NCBI GenBank assembly: GCA_038823825.1
Contig: JAWBCC010000001.1
Span: forward strand, 30,001-62,000
Direction of reading: 5' to 3'
Source: Candidatus Hadarchaeales archaeon
GTDB lineage: Archaea; Hadarchaeota; Hadarchaeia; Hadarchaeales; Hadarchaeaceae
Length of the DNA stretch: 32,000 nt
Below are positions 8,776 to 16,075 of this stretch, in pieces; the first letter of the stretch is position 1; the number at the start of each line of letters is the position of its first letter. A program made the translations under genes and the position numbers. The notes below the pieces were generated by a model, which was not told the DNA's origin, searched no databases, and was given only the letters and a program-made list of their open reading frames with translations.

Positions 8776-8934
8776 CTATCTACCCGCGGCTCTTCTCTTC
8801 TGCCAGCAATCCCGGCAGTAAACCGGTCTGCCCTCCGTCGGCTTGAAGGGGACCTCGCACTCGGCACCGCAGTCAGAACAGACTGCTTTATACATTTGCC
8901 TTGGTCCTCTTCTGCCGAACCTTCCATATGCCAC
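8776..8934 (-). CDS. Small CxxC-x17-CxxC zinc-ribbon protein (not in the supplied ORF track)
   Basis: Hand translation gives (VAYGRFGRRGPRQ)MYKAVCSDCGAECEVPFKPTEGRPVYCRDCWQKRRAAGR*. The spacing is exactly C-x2-C-x17-C-x2-C. The start is either GTG at 8934 or ATG at 8895. Confidence 0.7.
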   Translation of the reverse strand: MAYGRFGRRGPRQMYKAVCSDCGAECEVPFKPTEGRPVYCRDCWQKRRAAGR

Positions 8935-9048
8935 TTTTCCTACTTCTCCTAGAACTTCAGCGAGAAACAGCCGAAAAGCTGTCCCGGGTTTCCCAGGTTA
9001 ATCTCGCTGTAGTTCTGCCTTCATTTCTATGCTTCCAGTATATAAGGA

Positions 9049-9798
9049 TTGTTAGGTATCACGTTTCTATCCCTTCACAAGTTGCATCGTCATTCCGCGC
9101 TGAATGATTTTAAAGAGTATGTGAGGAGGTTCAAGGATCATCCAGCAGTCTTGATGTGGTGTGTTGGAAATGAGGTCGAGTTTCAGATTCAGAATTTATG
9201 GCCGGGCGACGAAACGAAGCTGAGGGACTGGTTTTCGCTTCTGAATGAATTGGCAAAAGCAGCTTTTGAAGTCGAGGGTCAATCCTACCATCCAGTTATA
9301 ACCTCAGCGGCGGAAATTTATGTCATCGGAGAAAATTCGATAGGATCTGATGACGGTTCTTTAAAGTTTCTAGATGCTTGGGGAGCGACTCTTTTCCGTG
9401 GTAGGTCTTTTGAAGGGGCTTTTGATCAGTTCAGAAGCAGAAGCTTGAAACCTCTCGTGGTCACCGAATTTGGAATAGACGCTTGGGACAATCTTCAGAA
9501 AAAAGAGGATGAAAACGCTCAGGCTGAGTACGCCAAAGATCTTCTGAGGGAGTTATTCGAGGCTGGGGAAAGAATTCTTGGCGGATGTTATTTTGAATGG
9601 ACAGACGAATGGCAAAAGAGCGGAAATCCCAGCGCACACGATATTGGAGGATTCTCAATGCCATCATTCCCGGACGGCGTGGCAAACGAGGAATGGTTTG
9701 GTGTTTGCAGAGTTCTTGAGAACCGCGCGGGAGGCGTAGACATCCTTCAGCCGAGGTCAGTTTACAATATTATAAAAGAGAAATATCTCACCAGCTAA
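9049..9798 (+). CDS. 5'-truncated paralogue of the glycoside hydrolase at 11607-13664 (C-terminal half of the barrel only; possible pseudogene)
   Basis: FKDHPAVLMWCVGNEVE, VVTEFGIDAWD, FEWTDEWQKSGN and NEEWFGV align with WKDHPAVLMWAFGNEVD, LLAEWGCDALD, FEWSDEWWKAGN and NEEWWGI of the 685-aa protein. An in-frame stop at 9043-9045 sits just upstream. The start codon is uncertain (TTG at 9049). Confidence 0.6.
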   Translation: MLGITFLSLHKLHRHSALNDFKEYVRRFKDHPAVLMWCVGNEVEFQIQNLWPGDETKLRDWFSLLNELAKAAFEVEGQSYHPVITSAAEIYVIGENSIGSDDGSLKFLDAWGATLFRGRSFEGAFDQFRSRSLKPLVVTEFGIDAWDNLQKKEDENAQAEYAKDLLRELFEAGERILGGCYFEWTDEWQKSGNPSAHDIGGFSMPSFPDGVANEEWFGVCRVLENRAGGVDILQPRSVYNIIKEKYLTS

Positions 9799-9807
9799 AA
9801 ATTCTGT

Positions 9808-11607
9808 TTAGTAATCTTCCACGACGATGTGAAGCGTGAAAGTCTCGCCCGACTGCGCAGTCGATGTACCTCCGACTGTCAGTTTTAGATATCTGGAGCT
9901 TCCTGGAGCAAGCACGAGCGGGTAGATTACCCCATTAACAAAGACGTTTTGTCCATCCATAGTGTAAATGTTTGACCAGAGTTTACCTCCTGAAGCATCC
10001 CAAGCGTCGCAGATAACCTTCAGAGTTTTAGTCTCGCTGGTGCTGTTGTTCAGAAGAATATTAGTTATGGTCACCGATCCTATGCGTGGAATGTTAACCG
10101 CAGACGGGATACCAGAAAGAGTCACGACTCCTGGAGGTGGAGGAGGCGGAGGAGGTGGGGGTGAAATGGGTGAGGAAACAACTATCGTCAAGCGACAGGA
10201 AGCAGAGGTTCCGCTGTTGTCGATCACCGTGAGTGTCACCGTGTAACTTCCAGGATTTAAATATCTGTGGGTGGGGTTGCGATCTGTTGAGCTAGTTCCG
10301 TCTCCGAAATCCCAGATCCATCTCACTATATGACCGTCCGGATCGTACGAGTTGTCAATGAATTGTATGGTGTCAGAGGTCGTCGGAGAAGTTGGAGAAT
10401 ACGTAAATCTAGCCACCGGCGCACCAACAACGGAGACTCTTTTTACAAGAATTATGTAATCGATATAGACGATCACATTTTTTCCGGTGATGCCGTCCGA
10501 GAAAGCGATGTTCCACGGAACTCTTATGTTGGAGAGGTCTTCCCCAAATGCTCCTAGTGGAATAACTACTCTACGCCACGAGGTTGTGATATGTGCGTAG
10601 TCGCTTACTCTGACTTTTCCTCCTGTGCCATAGATGTCTTCAAGAATTATCTCAAAGTCTTCGCCGCCTCTTTCTCCTTTTACCCAGAACACTAGGTTTT
10701 CATAATCGGAGAGATTTTTCGGGCCGCTCGTGAATTCACAGTAAAATCCAGCCCACCCTCCGCTTATGTTTGAATAGATAAATTTCCAAGCTTTATCGGA
10801 GTCAGACTCCCATCCGCCAGTCTGAATCTCGAGCAGCGAAAGATGTTGTCCGTTGTTTGGATGTCCGTAACGAGCCGGAGCACCGATATCCTCACCCATT
10901 CCCCCATCCCAGTAGATAATGTAAATTAACTCTGAAGGCGGAAGCGATACAGAGACAATAGTCTCGAATCTTCCCTCATTCCCGTCATTGTCCACGACTG
11001 TGAGGATGACCCTGTATGAGCCCGCTGCATGGAAAATGTGTGTTGGGTTCTGACTTCTGCTGAAGGTTCCATCTCCGAAATCCCAAAGCCAACTTACGAT
11101 ATGGCCGTCTGGATCGTACGAGTTGTCGATGAATTGAAGAGTGTCGAGCACCGTTGGATGTGGGGGAGAAAATATGAAAAATGCGCGGGGGATTCCTGAA
11201 GGTCTCACTCTTATAACTTTAGTTTTTGTTGCATTTTCACCGGCATTATCGGTTACGAGCAGAGTTACTGTGTATTCTCCATCCCTCAAGTATCTGTGTG
11301 TGGGGTTTTGTTCTGTGGAACGGGTGTTGTCGCCAAAGTCCCAAAGCCAACTTACGATATGGCCGTCTGGATCGTACGAGTTATCGATGAACTGGACGAC
11401 CTCGTTTTCTTGCGGTTCAACGTTATCACCTGTCAGAGAATCAACAGACCACGTGAAATCTGCGACTGGTGGGATATTGACAACGGGTTTGGGTCTGGGT
11501 CGTAATAGGAGAACAAAGATTATCACAGTGAGGATGATCACTATTGCGAGAACATATATGAAGCGAATTTCGCCGTATACACGTTTTTCTTCGTGTTTAT
11601 CTTTCAT
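9808..11607 (-). CDS. Membrane-anchored surface protein: 3 PKD domains, a CBM-like module, a poly-proline linker and a C-terminal Ig-like domain
   Basis: N-terminal TM anchor. Three PKD units occur, two before and one after a CBM-like module: FIDNSYDPDGHIV(S/R)W(L/I)WDFGD...NPTH(R/I)...YTVTL. The CBM-like module reads WAGFYCEF...LVFWVKG...VYIDYI. A run of 10 Pro follows, then a terminal domain homologous to the 155-aa protein. ATG at 11607 overlaps the GH stop (TAATG) and is preferred over GTG at 11616. Confidence 0.85.
   Translation of the reverse strand: MKDKHEEKRVYGEIRFIYVLAIVIILTVIIFVLLLRPRPKPVVNIPPVADFTWSVDSLTGDNVEPQENEVVQFIDNSYDPDGHIVSWLWDFGDNTRSTEQNPTHRYLRDGEYTVTLLVTDNAGENATKTKVIRVRPSGIPRAFFIFSPPHPTVLDTLQFIDNSYDPDGHIVSWLWDFGDGTFSRSQNPTHIFHAAGSYRVILTVVDNDGNEGRFETIVSVSLPPSELIYIIYWDGGMGEDIGAPARYGHPNNGQHLSLLEIQTGGWESDSDKAWKFIYSNISGGWAGFYCEFTSGPKNLSDYENLVFWVKGERGGEDFEIILEDIYGTGGKVRVSDYAHITTSWRRVVIPLGAFGEDLSNIRVPWNIAFSDGITGKNVIVYIDYIILVKRVSVVGAPVARFTYSPTSPTTSDTIQFIDNSYDPDGHIVRWIWDFGDGTSSTDRNPTHRYLNPGSYTVTLTVIDNSGTSASCRLTIVVSSPISPPPPPPPPPPGVVTLSGIPSAVNIPRIGSVTITNILLNNSTSETKTLKVICDAWDASGGKLWSNIYTMDGQNVFVNGVIYPLVLAPGSSRYLKLTVGGTSTAQSGETFTLHIVVEDY
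11082..11124. repeat. 43-nt tract identical to 11340-11382 (inside PKD unit 2)
   Basis: cccaaagccaacttacgatatggccgtctggatcgtacgagtt occurs twice, 258 nt (one PKD unit) apart. Flanking codons are clearly diverged. Confidence 0.9.
11340..11382. repeat. 43-nt tract identical to 11082-11124 (inside PKD unit 1)
   Basis: Same 43-mer. A third, synonymous-diverged copy lies near 10320-10365. Confidence 0.9.
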
Positions 11608-13664
11608 TACGTCCACTTCTCCTTGAGAGCGTAGTACGCAAGTCTAGGAATCTTGACGGGACTTTCGAGCGAGGTGAGCTTCATTATCCCCCACCATTCC
11701 TCATTCATGTTGTTCTGGCCGGCGACGTAGTCGTAGTAGTTGGGATTCGCCCAAGTCGCCAAATTGTCATGGATTTCATAATTTCCGGCCTTCCACCACT
11801 CATCGGACCACTCGAAGACCGTTCCTCCAATGCAAACGCGATTTTCGTTTTCCGCGCTCAGATTTTCTGAAATTTCATCCCAAAGATTTTCTATATACAG
11901 CTTCTGCATGAGCTGGTTCTCTGTGTTGTCCCTTGCGTCCAGAGCATCGCACCCCCACTCCGCCAGAAGAAGGGGTTTGCTACTCTTGACTTTGTAGTTG
12001 CTGAAGAGATTGCCGAAAGAGGAACCATAATACACGTTTACTCCCCATATGTCCAAGGACGTCAGGTTTTCGTCAGCCGAACCGATGCTTGGATCCCCTA
12101 TACGCGTGATGTCTTGGTTAACTGTCATAACAGGATGGTTGTCGTCTACTTGTTTGGCGGCAAATGCCACAGCCTGAACGAGCGAGAACCAGTTTTCCTT
12201 TCTCGCCGGGTATACATCGACCTCATTTCCGAATGCCCACATCAGAACTGCCGGGTGGTCTTTCCATTTATTAACCAGTTTGAGAAAACCTTCTTTCAGG
12301 TTCTCTCTCACCCAGCTTTTACTCATGTCTACGGATCGATCCACCCAGTATCCCATGATAACATATAACCGTTGGCTCCAAGCGGCATCCAGAATATCTC
12401 GGTTTTCTAATATTGCATGCTGGGGCGGTGGGACAAAATTTTCCCACCGGACGAAATCTACATAAAACGTCTGGTTTGTTTCCACGGTGATCATGAAGGG
12501 ACTGTAAACTTTGTCAAGATTTTCCCAGTTCTCTGCAGGAATAGTGATCTCCTGCCAGTTGTTTGTTCCATCCCATCCAAACTGGCTGATGTAATAACTC
12601 TGGATGTTCCCCTTCGGAGCCTCAATCTCGATCTTCAGGTTAACGGGTGTCTTAACCCAGAACTTCAAAGCGGAGGCGCCAGAGAGGTCAACGGTGTGAT
12701 CATGCGGGAGTGCGAGAAAAAGACCCCAGCCGGCATAGCTCCCAGAAGGCTGTGTGAGGAAGCATCTCCCTCCTTCGGGAACGTTGCCCGGTCCGAACCC
12801 AGTATATCTGGCTTCAAAATAGCCACCCCCCCACGTTAGGATTTTGACGCCTCCAGGTATCCCGCCATCAGAGTAAGGAGAAAAACCGGTCCATCTAACT
12901 TTGTCTATGTAAAACGTTCCGCTAGTCTCCATCGTTATTTTGAAAGGACAGTAGACTTGGTTCAGGTTACTCCAGTGACTGGCGGGAATCGTTATCTCTT
13001 GCCAGTTGTTTGTTCCATCCCAGCCGTAATTGCTTATGTATTTAGTCTGTGTGTTTCCCTGTGGTGCTTCTATCTCAACCTTCAGATTTGCGGTAGTTTT
13101 GACCCAGAATTTGAGCGCCGTAGCACCAGAGAGATTTATTGTGTGAGCAGAAGGGTTCGCTAGGAAAATTCCCCAGCCAGCCCAGTTTGCGCTCACAGTT
13201 TTAAACGATTTTGTTCCTTCGGGAGGGGTTATTTCATGTGTTTCTGTGAAGCTTCCACCACCCCCTTGCCATGTCCAGAGATAGGAATCCAGAGGAATTC
13301 CATCGTCGTGGTAAACCCAATAATAGGCATCGTTAAAGTAGGTTACGCCGGCATTATAAGTTCTGATGGTATTCGCTCCCATGCTTCGGATGTTCTCGAA
13401 ATCGTTTTCATAGATTTCTTGCGCATGCCACCAGAAGAAGTCGGGCCCCTCTCCTGGCGGAGTTGGTGAATAGCAAACCCCTTTTACGGTGAAAGGAGAT
13501 CCGTTTACGAGCAGCCGACGTCCGTCTACGGTCACGACTGTTTTCTCGATGATTTCTGCGGAAAATTTTGTCTCACAGTATGTATAGTAAACCACACCAG
13601 AGGCCACCGATGAGAGAACAAGAGAAGCAAGTATGATCGCAAGCGGGCATGTGTTTTTTTGCAT
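11607..13664 (-). CDS. Secreted clan GH-A (beta/alpha)8 glycoside hydrolase/transglycosylase with two tandem CBM-like modules inserted in the barrel
   Basis: N-terminal hydrophobic leader. Barrel start VNGSPFTVKGVCYSP...SMGANTIRTYN. Two ~140-aa repeats (WAGWG...LKFWVKT...NLK(V/I)EIEAP(Q/K)GN...GWDGTNNWQEITIPA...FY(I/V)D.VRW). Barrel resumes with HPAVLMWAFGNEV (acid/base NE) and LLAEWGCDA (nucleophile E). GGTGA RBS before the ATG. Confidence 0.8.
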   Translation of the reverse strand: MQKNTCPLAIILASLVLSSVASGVVYYTYCETKFSAEIIEKTVVTVDGRRLLVNGSPFTVKGVCYSPTPPGEGPDFFWWHAQEIYENDFENIRSMGANTIRTYNAGVTYFNDAYYWVYHDDGIPLDSYLWTWQGGGGSFTETHEITPPEGTKSFKTVSANWAGWGIFLANPSAHTINLSGATALKFWVKTTANLKVEIEAPQGNTQTKYISNYGWDGTNNWQEITIPASHWSNLNQVYCPFKITMETSGTFYIDKVRWTGFSPYSDGGIPGGVKILTWGGGYFEARYTGFGPGNVPEGGRCFLTQPSGSYAGWGLFLALPHDHTVDLSGASALKFWVKTPVNLKIEIEAPKGNIQSYYISQFGWDGTNNWQEITIPAENWENLDKVYSPFMITVETNQTFYVDFVRWENFVPPPQHAILENRDILDAAWSQRLYVIMGYWVDRSVDMSKSWVRENLKEGFLKLVNKWKDHPAVLMWAFGNEVDVYPARKENWFSLVQAVAFAAKQVDDNHPVMTVNQDITRIGDPSIGSADENLTSLDIWGVNVYYGSSFGNLFSNYKVKSSKPLLLAEWGCDALDARDNTENQLMQKLYIENLWDEISENLSAENENRVCIGGTVFEWSDEWWKAGNYEIHDNLATWANPNYYDYVAGQNNMNEEWWGIMKLTSLESPVKIPRLAYYALKEKWT

Positions 13665-13690
13665 ATCATCTCACCTTTTCTTTTTTTGGG

Positions 13691-13728
13691 AAAAATAAAA
13701 GGGCGGTGAGCCGACAAGGCGGCTCACC
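13691..13728 (-). terminator. Stem-loop plus T-runs between the 155-aa gene and the GH gene
   Basis: A perfect 9-bp stem ggtgagccg/cggctcacc (13705-13713 / 13720-13728) with a 6-nt loop. On the coding strand it is followed by CCCTTTTATTTTTCCC. It lies 13 nt after the 155-aa gene stop. Confidence 0.45.
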
Positions 13729-13740
13729 TTTCTAGCCCCT

Positions 13741-14208
13741 CTAGTAGAGCGCGTTGTCCATCAGATAGAGCTGCAGGTTGTTCCATGAGTTGCCCGGAAC
13801 GGCTGGACCAGCATCTCCAACGGTGACCTTTAGCTCCAGTGATTGGCCGCTGTTAAGGGTGAATCCATAGTTGACTCCGTCTGCCCAGACTTTGTTGGCT
13901 GAAGTTGGCCACGGATAAGCGCAGGCATACCACAGTCTGTCTCCAGTAACGCTATCAACGTTACTTATCAGGGTCAAAGTTTTTGTCTCTCCGCTCTGGT
14001 TATAAACAGTATATTTGATATTTGCAGCTCCGTTGTCGGGTATCTGGAAATTCGTGTTTTCCATCACTCCCCAGACTCCGACGTTTTCAACTATTGTTGC
14101 GGTAAAAGTCGTTGTCTGGTATGTGTAGAGAACTGCACCGGACGCGACTGCAGCTCCGAGGACCACGAGCAACCAGAGGGGAACGATTCTTCTTGTAGCT
14201 CTTTTCAT
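13741..14208 (-). CDS. Small secreted/anchored Ig-like (CARDB-like beta-sandwich) protein
   Basis: Basic N-terminus plus hydrophobic leader. The mature part is homologous to the C-terminal domain of the PKD protein (ETKTL, G.(R/K)LW, LK(V/L)TVG, terminal Y). Strong GGAGGT RBS. Confidence 0.75.
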   Translation of the reverse strand: MKRATRRIVPLWLLVVLGAAVASGAVLYTYQTTTFTATIVENVGVWGVMENTNFQIPDNGAANIKYTVYNQSGETKTLTLISNVDSVTGDRLWYACAYPWPTSANKVWADGVNYGFTLNSGQSLELKVTVGDAGPAVPGNSWNNLQLYLMDNALY

Positions 14209-14323
14209 TTTTTACCTCCGATTGCTCCTGATTTTCGGGATATTTAAAAGAGTGGAGCTAATTTTGGATATTTTTTGAAGACGAACGGAGAAATTTTATT
14301 AATTTCACAGCTAAGAGCTACTT

Positions 14324-14806
14324 ATGTTGCTCAGAGATTGGATTGCGCCGATGTTGGGAATTGTGGGCGGGATCCTTGTCTTATTGAGTGTTTTTGCCCC
14401 ATGGTATCCTGCTAGCGGAAGGTTCACTTTCTCATGCATAACTCTGCTCATGAAAAGGAGCGGCGGCCCTCTCATGTTCCATATTTTTCTGCTGTTTTTC
14501 GGAGGGTTCATCCTTTTGTTTGGCGGAATTCTAGCAAGATTTCTATCGAGGAAAGACATGGGGAATATTTTTTTCATCGGCTCCGTTATCGGAATAATCG
14601 GGGTCGCGTTAACCCTTTGGTATCTGAAAGGTGGTTTTACATTAAGTAATCCGGCGCCCGGCTTGTACATGTTTTTCTCTTCTCCTGTTGGGTGGTGGAG
14701 GCTGCTTACAGATCTCTCGTACGGGTTTTACATGGCGATTGCTGGAGTACTGGCGGGGATTTCTGGATTTTTCCTCTCGACTTCGTGGCGTGAAAGGAAA
14801 GATTAG
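14324..14806 (+). CDS. Hypothetical integral membrane protein (about 4-5 TM helices)
   Basis: Hydrophobic-segment pattern. Preferred over the antisense ORF 14311-14670, which is low-complexity. Its stop abuts the 3' end of the convergent tRNA-Lys. Confidence 0.6.
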   Translation: MLLRDWIAPMLGIVGGILVLLSVFAPWYPASGRFTFSCITLLMKRSGGPLMFHIFLLFFGGFILLFGGILARFLSRKDMGNIFFIGSVIGIIGVALTLWYLKGGFTLSNPAPGLYMFFSSPVGWWRLLTDLSYGFYMAIAGVLAGISGFFLSTSWRERKD

Positions 14807-14881
14807 CGGGCCCGAGGGGATTCGAACCCCCGACCTGCCGGTTAAGAGCCGGCCGCTCCGACCAGACTGAGCTACGGGCCC
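14807..14881 (-). tRNA. tRNA-Lys (anticodon CUU), no encoded CCA
   Basis: Reverse complement GGGCCCGTAGCTCAGTCTGGTCGGAGCGGCCGGCTCTTAACCGGCAGGTCGGGGGTTCGAATCCCCTCGGGCCCG. The anticodon loop is CTCTTAA. Confidence 0.93.
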
Positions 14882-14969
14882 GTCAGTTTGTTATTAGTTT
14901 TCCAAAAATTTAAAAATCAAGCCACATCTGTTATTAACCAATTTGGGCTATCCTTCTTCGGAGGAGTCG

Positions 14970-15761
14970 ATGGTTCTGGTGTTTGTTGGCCTTGGCCTCG
15001 AAAAAGGAGGGATTTCACTACGTGGGATAGAAGAGGCAAAGAAGGCCGATGCGGTATATCTTGAGACATATACCAGCATAGTTCCCGGGTTAAGCGTCTC
15101 TTACTTGCAGGAACTCACAGGAAAAAAAGTGAAGGTACTGGACAGGAGGGTGCTTGAGGAGGAGCCTCATGAGATTCTCGAAAAAGCAAGGGATGGCAGG
15201 GTGGTTCTACTAATTCCGGGAGATCCAATGGTCGCCACAACTCACATCGATTTGAGACTGAGAGCCGCAAAGATGAACGTGGAAACAAAAATAGTTCATG
15301 CAGGTTCGATTCTCTCCGCCGTGGCCGGGGTTTGTGGGCTCCAGAGTTATAAATTCGGTCCCTCGGCAACAATTCCCTTTCCGGACAATCCCTCAGCAAG
15401 ACCATATGAGGTTCTCGCGGATAACAGAAAAAGAGGATTTCACACCCTTCTTTTTCTAGATATCCGGGCTGAGGAAGGAAGGGTGATGAGCGCAAACCAA
15501 GGGATGGAGATAATGCTTGGGCACGAACTCGTGCGCCGGGAATCGATTTTCACTCCGAAGACTCTTGTGGTAGTTGTGGCTAGGGCAGGTTGCGAAGATG
15601 AGTTGGTCAGAGCTGGCAGAGTGGAGGAAATGCTGGGTGTGGATTTTGGTCCTCCGCCTCACTCTTTGGTGGTTCCTGGCAGGCTTCACTTCATAGAAGC
15701 TGAAGCTCTGAAGGTTTTTGCTCGTGCGCCGGAGGATGCCGTAGATGAGCTTGTCGGATGA
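14970..15761 (+). CDS. dph5: Diphthine synthase
   Basis: MVLVFVGLGL...ADAVYLETYTS, PGDPMVATTH, GLQSYKFG. GGAGG RBS before ATG 14970; the ORF track starts upstream at 14943. Confidence 0.9.
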   Translation: MVLVFVGLGLEKGGISLRGIEEAKKADAVYLETYTSIVPGLSVSYLQELTGKKVKVLDRRVLEEEPHEILEKARDGRVVLLIPGDPMVATTHIDLRLRAAKMNVETKIVHAGSILSAVAGVCGLQSYKFGPSATIPFPDNPSARPYEVLADNRKRGFHTLLFLDIRAEEGRVMSANQGMEIMLGHELVRRESIFTPKTLVVVVARAGCEDELVRAGRVEEMLGVDFGPPPHSLVVPGRLHFIEAEALKVFARAPEDAVDELVG

Positions 15762-16002
15762 CCTCTTGAACGAAATTGAGAAGTGGAAGGCGAAATTAGA
15801 TAAAGGTATCTTGACCGCTGCTCCGATCGATTCAGTAGGTGAAGCAATGCTTTCGAATATAAAAGCGTATAGACAAGACTGCGATCACTTTCTGAGGAAG
15901 GGGGATCTGGTTAGGAGTTTTGAGTGCTTGGTCTGGGCTTGGGCTTATCTCGAGATTGGACAGAATCTTGGACATATTGTGAAGAAATCTCCGTCTGCAT
16001 AG
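15745..16002 (+). CDS. Small conserved archaeal protein (DUF357-like)
   Basis: 85 aa, helical. It overlaps the dph5 end by 17 nt. The wording AYRQDCDHFLRKGDLVRSFECLVWAWAYLEIG resembles DUF357 family members from memory. Confidence 0.55.
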   Translation: MSLSDDLLNEIEKWKAKLDKGILTAAPIDSVGEAMLSNIKAYRQDCDHFLRKGDLVRSFECLVWAWAYLEIGQNLGHIVKKSPSA

Positions 16003-16075
16003 ACCCGAAAATTTGCGATGGATTTCTTTAGATAGACAGATTTAAAGCATGCTTTGATGATAGATTGGGGAGAGC

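Noticed and set aside
10132-10161. G-rich plus-strand tract (ggaggtggaggaggcggaggaggtggggg) as a G-quadruplex or slippery repeat
   Set aside because: It is the antisense of ten in-frame proline codons with mixed CCN usage inside a long, well-supported ORF. The coding explanation suffices.
14119-14208. Tat signal in the 155-aa protein (ATRRIVPLW)
   Set aside because: The twin arginines are present, but the context does not fit S/T-R-R-x-F-L-K well. The paralogous GH leader has no RR. A Sec-type or dedicated leader is more likely.
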